Shown here: piece after piece, positions 59,338 to 64,000 of the stretch | How the letters are laid out: each line of letters opens with the position of its first letter | Numbering within the stretch: the first letter of the stretch is position 1 | Assembly: GCA_963761255.1 (NCBI GenBank) | Contig: CAVXGH010000013.1 | Location: forward strand, 37,184-101,183 | DNA from: an uncultured delta proteobacterium | GTDB taxonomy: Bacteria; Desulfobacterota; Binatia; Binatales; Binataceae | DNA length: 64,000 nt | Reading direction: 5' to 3' | Program-made: the position numbers and the translations under genes | The notes under the pieces: generated by a model | Databases searched by the model: none | The model's input: the letters and a program-made list of their open reading frames with translations, nothing else | What the model was told of the DNA's origin: nothing

Positions 59338-59507
59338 TTTTTCGCCACCCAGATTCGCATCAACACCCGGCATTCCGCAACGCAGCGATGCCTCAGTCGG
59401 CGCTTTCGCGATGATGGACGATTGCGATCGATGCTGACAAAATCGCCACCGTACCCATGAGCCAAACGCCGGGGTAATTTTTCCGGCGACAGAATTGCGG
59501 AGGAATC

Positions 59508-60074
59508 ATGAAGTCATCCATCATAGAGGGCGTAGTGGCCGCCCTACTCATCGCATTCGCGTTCTCGACCGCGCTCGCCGCGGATGCGGACAACCTCGAC
59601 GCCGCTTTAAAGCTCGCGCCCGTCACCCTCAAATATGATGCGAAGGATCGCGCGGCGATCGCGCGCGGCAGCTATCTCGCCAATGCGGTCGGCGGATGCG
59701 TCAGTTGCCACACCATGCCCACCTTCGAAAAGGACGGCGATCCCTTCAAGGGCGAGACCGAAAAGGTCAACACAAAAAATTACCTCGCAGGCGGAAAATG
59801 CTTCGGGCCGATCAAATCGCCGAACATCACACCCGACGATAAGGGCCTCCCCGGCGGCCTGACCCTCGCGCAGTTCATCGAGAGCATCCGCACTGGCAAG
59901 GTTCACATGATGGAGGATGGCAAGAAGCCCGACCCCAACGACATTCAGAAGGTGATGCCGTGGCCGGAGTTCCGCAACATGACCGACGAGGATCTCGGCA
60001 CGGTCTATACCTACCTCGCGGCGGTTCCGCACGCGGATCCCTCGAACATGAAATGCCCGCCGCCGAAGCATTAA
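59508..60074 (+). CDS. c-type cytochrome
   Basis: Signal peptide, RGSYL...CVSCHT, SPNITPD and MPW. Confidence 0.9.
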   Translation: MKSSIIEGVVAALLIAFAFSTALAADADNLDAALKLAPVTLKYDAKDRAAIARGSYLANAVGGCVSCHTMPTFEKDGDPFKGETEKVNTKNYLAGGKCFGPIKSPNITPDDKGLPGGLTLAQFIESIRTGKVHMMEDGKKPDPNDIQKVMPWPEFRNMTDEDLGTVYTYLAAVPHADPSNMKCPPPKH

Positions 60075-60078
60075 TCCC

Positions 60079-60825
60079 ATGAAAGTTGCCATCATCACCG
60101 GTGCGGGAACGGGAATCGGGAAAGCCTCCGCTCTCGAATTGCTCAAGGAAGGTTTTGCCGTGGTGCTGGCGGGACGGCGGGTCGAACCGCTCGAAGCCAC
60201 TGCGGCAGAGGGTAAATCGTCGGGGTCGCCGACGCTGGTCGTCCCTTGCGATGTCGCCGATGCGGCCTCGGTGAAAAATCTTTTCGCCAAAACCCAGGAA
60301 CAATTCGGCCGCCTCGATGTGCTCTTCAACAACGCCGGCTTCGGCGGCCCACCGGTGCTGCTGGAAGATCTCCCGCTCGAGAAATGGAAAGCCGTGGTCG
60401 ATACCAATCTGACGGGCGCATTTTTATGCACTCAGGAGGCCTTCAAGATCATGAAGGCGCAGGACCCGCGCGGCGGCCGCATCATCAATAATGGATCGAT
60501 CTCGGCCCACAGCCCGCGCCCGAATTCCGCCGCCTACACCGCCACCAAGCATGCGATGACGGGGCTGACCAAGGCGACCTCGCTCGATGGCCGCAAGTAC
60601 GACATCGCATGCGGGCAAATCGATATCGGCAACGCCGCCACCGAGATGACTCGCGGGATGGCGCGCGGGGTGCCGCAGCCCAACGGCACGCTGATGCCGG
60701 AGCCGACCTTCGAGGTGCATCAGGTGGCGCGCGCGGTCGCATACATGGCGACCCTGCCGCTCGATGCCAACGTGCAGTTCATGACCATCATGGCGACCAA
60801 AATGCCGCTTATCGGCCGCGGCTAA
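60079..60825 (+). CDS. short-chain dehydrogenase/reductase
   Basis: [12 protein letters not shown] and YTATK. Confidence 0.93.
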   Translation: MKVAIITGAGTGIGKASALELLKEGFAVVLAGRRVEPLEATAAEGKSSGSPTLVVPCDVADAASVKNLFAKTQEQFGRLDVLFNNAGFGGPPVLLEDLPLEKWKAVVDTNLTGAFLCTQEAFKIMKAQDPRGGRIINNGSISAHSPRPNSAAYTATKHAMTGLTKATSLDGRKYDIACGQIDIGNAATEMTRGMARGVPQPNGTLMPEPTFEVHQVARAVAYMATLPLDANVQFMTIMATKMPLIGRG

Positions 60826-60830
60826 CGCGC

Positions 60831-61289
60831 TCAGCCGCGCAGTCGCTTCACGCTCGCGGCCGGCCAAACCTTGGCGAGGTCGGTGTAGATGGACTCGAAC
60901 GACCGCACGCCCTCAGGAAGCCGAACCCACGGCAGCTTGCTGCGGGTGAAGATGTGGACATCGGGCGTCACCGCTTTGGGCGTGTCCAGCGTGCCGGCGC
61001 GCACGAAGAGGCAGTCGCCCGGCGCGATGCTGTAGCGGCTCCATAGGTAGGTGCCGCACGTCGCGCAGAAGAAGACCTCGTGTGTTTTGCCGCTGCCGCC
61101 CTTGAGCACGAACGATTTTGGCTCGGTGCCGGTGGCCGCGACGAACTTGCGCTCGATCCAGATGTTGATGACGTGCGGGCCGCCGGTGATACGCTGGCAA
61201 TCGCGGCAATGGCACGCGTGAACGATGAGCGGACTCTCAGTCAGCTTGTATCGGATGGCTCCGCACGAGCATCCACCTTGCAGCGTCAT
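60831..61289 (-). CDS. GFA (glutathione-dependent formaldehyde-activating) family protein
   Basis: GGCSCG, CHCRDCQR and FCATCGT; start at ATG 61289. Confidence 0.9.
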   Translation of the reverse strand: MTLQGGCSCGAIRYKLTESPLIVHACHCRDCQRITGGPHVINIWIERKFVAATGTEPKSFVLKGGSGKTHEVFFCATCGTYLWSRYSIAPGDCLFVRAGTLDTPKAVTPDVHIFTRSKLPWVRLPEGVRSFESIYTDLAKVWPAASVKRLRG

Positions 61290-61362
61290 GACTCCTGGAC
61301 TCCTTTTGGAACTTCGCACCGCGGGATTATAATTCGGCAGCAACTCGGAGACTTGGTAAAAA

Positions 61363-62256
61363 TTGCTCTCCTCCGAAATTTCCCGGGAGATTTCCCGCCG
61401 CGATCCGTTGACGGCCGCGCTCATCCGCAAGGCGCGCGATGGCGTGCCCGCCGCATCGGTCGGGAACGTCATTGCCGAGGGCGCCGGATGGCGTGTTCTC
61501 GACATCGTATGCACTGCAGGGCCACGCGATCGTCCCTTCGAGGAGCGCCACGCCTGGATGTCGATCTCGATGGTGCTGGCTGGGAGCTTCAACTACCGAA
61601 GCGATCGCGGCTACTCGCTGATGTCGCCGGGCGCGCTGCTGCTCGGCAGCGCCGGACGCAACTTCGAATGTTCGCATCAGCATGGCAAGGGTGATCGATG
61701 CATCTCGTTTCAATTCAACCCGGATTTCTTCGCCGGCCTCGCGCGTGATGCGGGTGCTTCCCGCGCCACGCTTCGGAGCGATCGCATTCCACCGCTGCGC
61801 GCGCTTGCGCCGATCACCGCGCGCATCGCGACTGCGGCGTATCGCGGCGCGGAGTTCGAAGAGATCGGGCTCAAGCTCGCCGCCGCGGTCATTCGGATCG
61901 ATTCCGCTTGCGATGGTCCAAACCGCGCGCCTGGTGATCGCGGCGGCATCGTGGACGTGATCCGTTATCTGGAAGCGCACCTCGGCCAATCGCATCCGCT
62001 GGCGGACCTCGCGAGCATCGCGGGACTCAGCCGCTTCCATTTCCTGCGGACCTTCAAGCGCGTGACCGGCGTAACGCCGCATCAATGGCTACTGCGCGCG
62101 CGCCTGCGCGAGGCCGCCCGACGGCTCGCGTCGAGCCGCGAACCCATCACGGGGATTGCGCTCACCGTTGGCTTCGATGATTTGTCGAATTTCATCCGCA
62201 GCTTCCGCGCCGAGTTTGGAATCTCGCCGCGCGGATATCGCGCCGCATCATCTTAA
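61363..62256 (+). CDS. AraC family transcriptional regulator
   Basis: LSRFHFLRTFK...TPHQW and GFDDLSNFIRSFRAEFGISP. Confidence 0.92.
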   Translation: MLSSEISREISRRDPLTAALIRKARDGVPAASVGNVIAEGAGWRVLDIVCTAGPRDRPFEERHAWMSISMVLAGSFNYRSDRGYSLMSPGALLLGSAGRNFECSHQHGKGDRCISFQFNPDFFAGLARDAGASRATLRSDRIPPLRALAPITARIATAAYRGAEFEEIGLKLAAAVIRIDSACDGPNRAPGDRGGIVDVIRYLEAHLGQSHPLADLASIAGLSRFHFLRTFKRVTGVTPHQWLLRARLREAARRLASSREPITGIALTVGFDDLSNFIRSFRAEFGISPRGYRAASS

Positions 62257-62267
62257 GGAGCATTGAC

Positions 62268-62696
62268 ATGAAAGGAATCTCGCATCTGGCAATCGGCGTC
62301 AGCGACATGGACAAGTCGCTCAAGTTCTATCGCGATCTGCTCGGCCTCGAGGTGATGTTCGATGCCGACGAGACTGTCGGTCAAGGCAAGCGCCGCGCGG
62401 TCTATATGCGATGGGGGCGCGACGGCGGCTTCCTGGTGCTCTCGCAGACGCTCGGCCGCGAGCCGTCGGGCAAGCCGCTGCGGTTGCATCAGGTTGGGAT
62501 GCATCACTTTGCGTTCCTGGTCGATGATCTGCGCGAGCGGCTCGAAAAACTTTCGCGCGCCGGGGTCAAGATCCTGGTGCCGGCGTATGAGGCCGACGCG
62601 ACCGCCTACGGCGAGAAGGGCGGCGCGAAAGTGCTGACTTGCCTCTTCGAGGATCCCGACGGCACCATCCTGCAATTCGATCAGCGCTCGCACTGA
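62268..62696 (+). CDS. VOC/glyoxalase family protein
   Basis: HLAIGVSDMDKSLKFY, HHFAF and EDPDG. Confidence 0.9.
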   Translation: MKGISHLAIGVSDMDKSLKFYRDLLGLEVMFDADETVGQGKRRAVYMRWGRDGGFLVLSQTLGREPSGKPLRLHQVGMHHFAFLVDDLRERLEKLSRAGVKILVPAYEADATAYGEKGGAKVLTCLFEDPDGTILQFDQRSH

Positions 62697-62752
62697 ACAA
62701 TGCTCAGCCGCGGAGCCGCGCTGCTTTGCGAAGAGAACCCGTGTGGAGTTAA

Positions 62753-64000
<1,248 letters not shown>

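Noticed and set aside
55653-59400. Genomic island integrated at tRNA-Val
   Set aside because: No integrase and no duplicated tRNA-Val 3' end were found in the window.

Overview
GC-rich, gene-dense bacterial chromosome segment. The many luciferase-like monooxygenases (LLMs), P450s, SDRs and RND pumps suggest a soil heterotroph such as Ca. Binatia (inference only). In order: (1) 1-8.7 kb, a minus-strand oxidative cluster (TetR, four LLMs, MBL lactonase, P450 plus ferredoxin, nitronate monooxygenase). (2) An intergenic array of TGG(C/G)TT(T/C)GTTT motifs that recurs near 46.1 kb. (3) A sigma54-promoted beta-barrel gene, an FAD oxidoreductase, a deaminase and a tRNA-Gly 3' remnant. (4) A sigma54 activator with a globin-like N-terminus beside two related cytochromes c, a receiver protein, a Zn-ribbon protein and a kinase-AAA fusion. 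(5) RRM protein, glucose dehydrogenase, GH15, an LLM and frameshifted higB-higA. (6) A PrdB/GrdB-like selenoprotein hidden by an in-frame UGA (UxxC motif plus SECIS-like hairpin), next to tpx. (7) A glutathione-dependent GST/SDR/CoA-transferase cluster. (8) An OMF-MFP-RND-RND operon with an IS630 inserted at the OMF stop codon. (9) Cupin, P450, two ABC permeases, an orphan HlyD, a hydrolase, and TetR-MFP-RND. (10) A nested inverted-repeat element, tRNA-Val(CAC), mepA, an exported HEAT-repeat protein, cytochrome c, SDR, GFA, AraC, VOC and the 5' part of pyruvate:ferredoxin oxidoreductase. No CRISPR, rRNA or phage genes were seen. All family calls come from reading motifs by eye, not from database searches.
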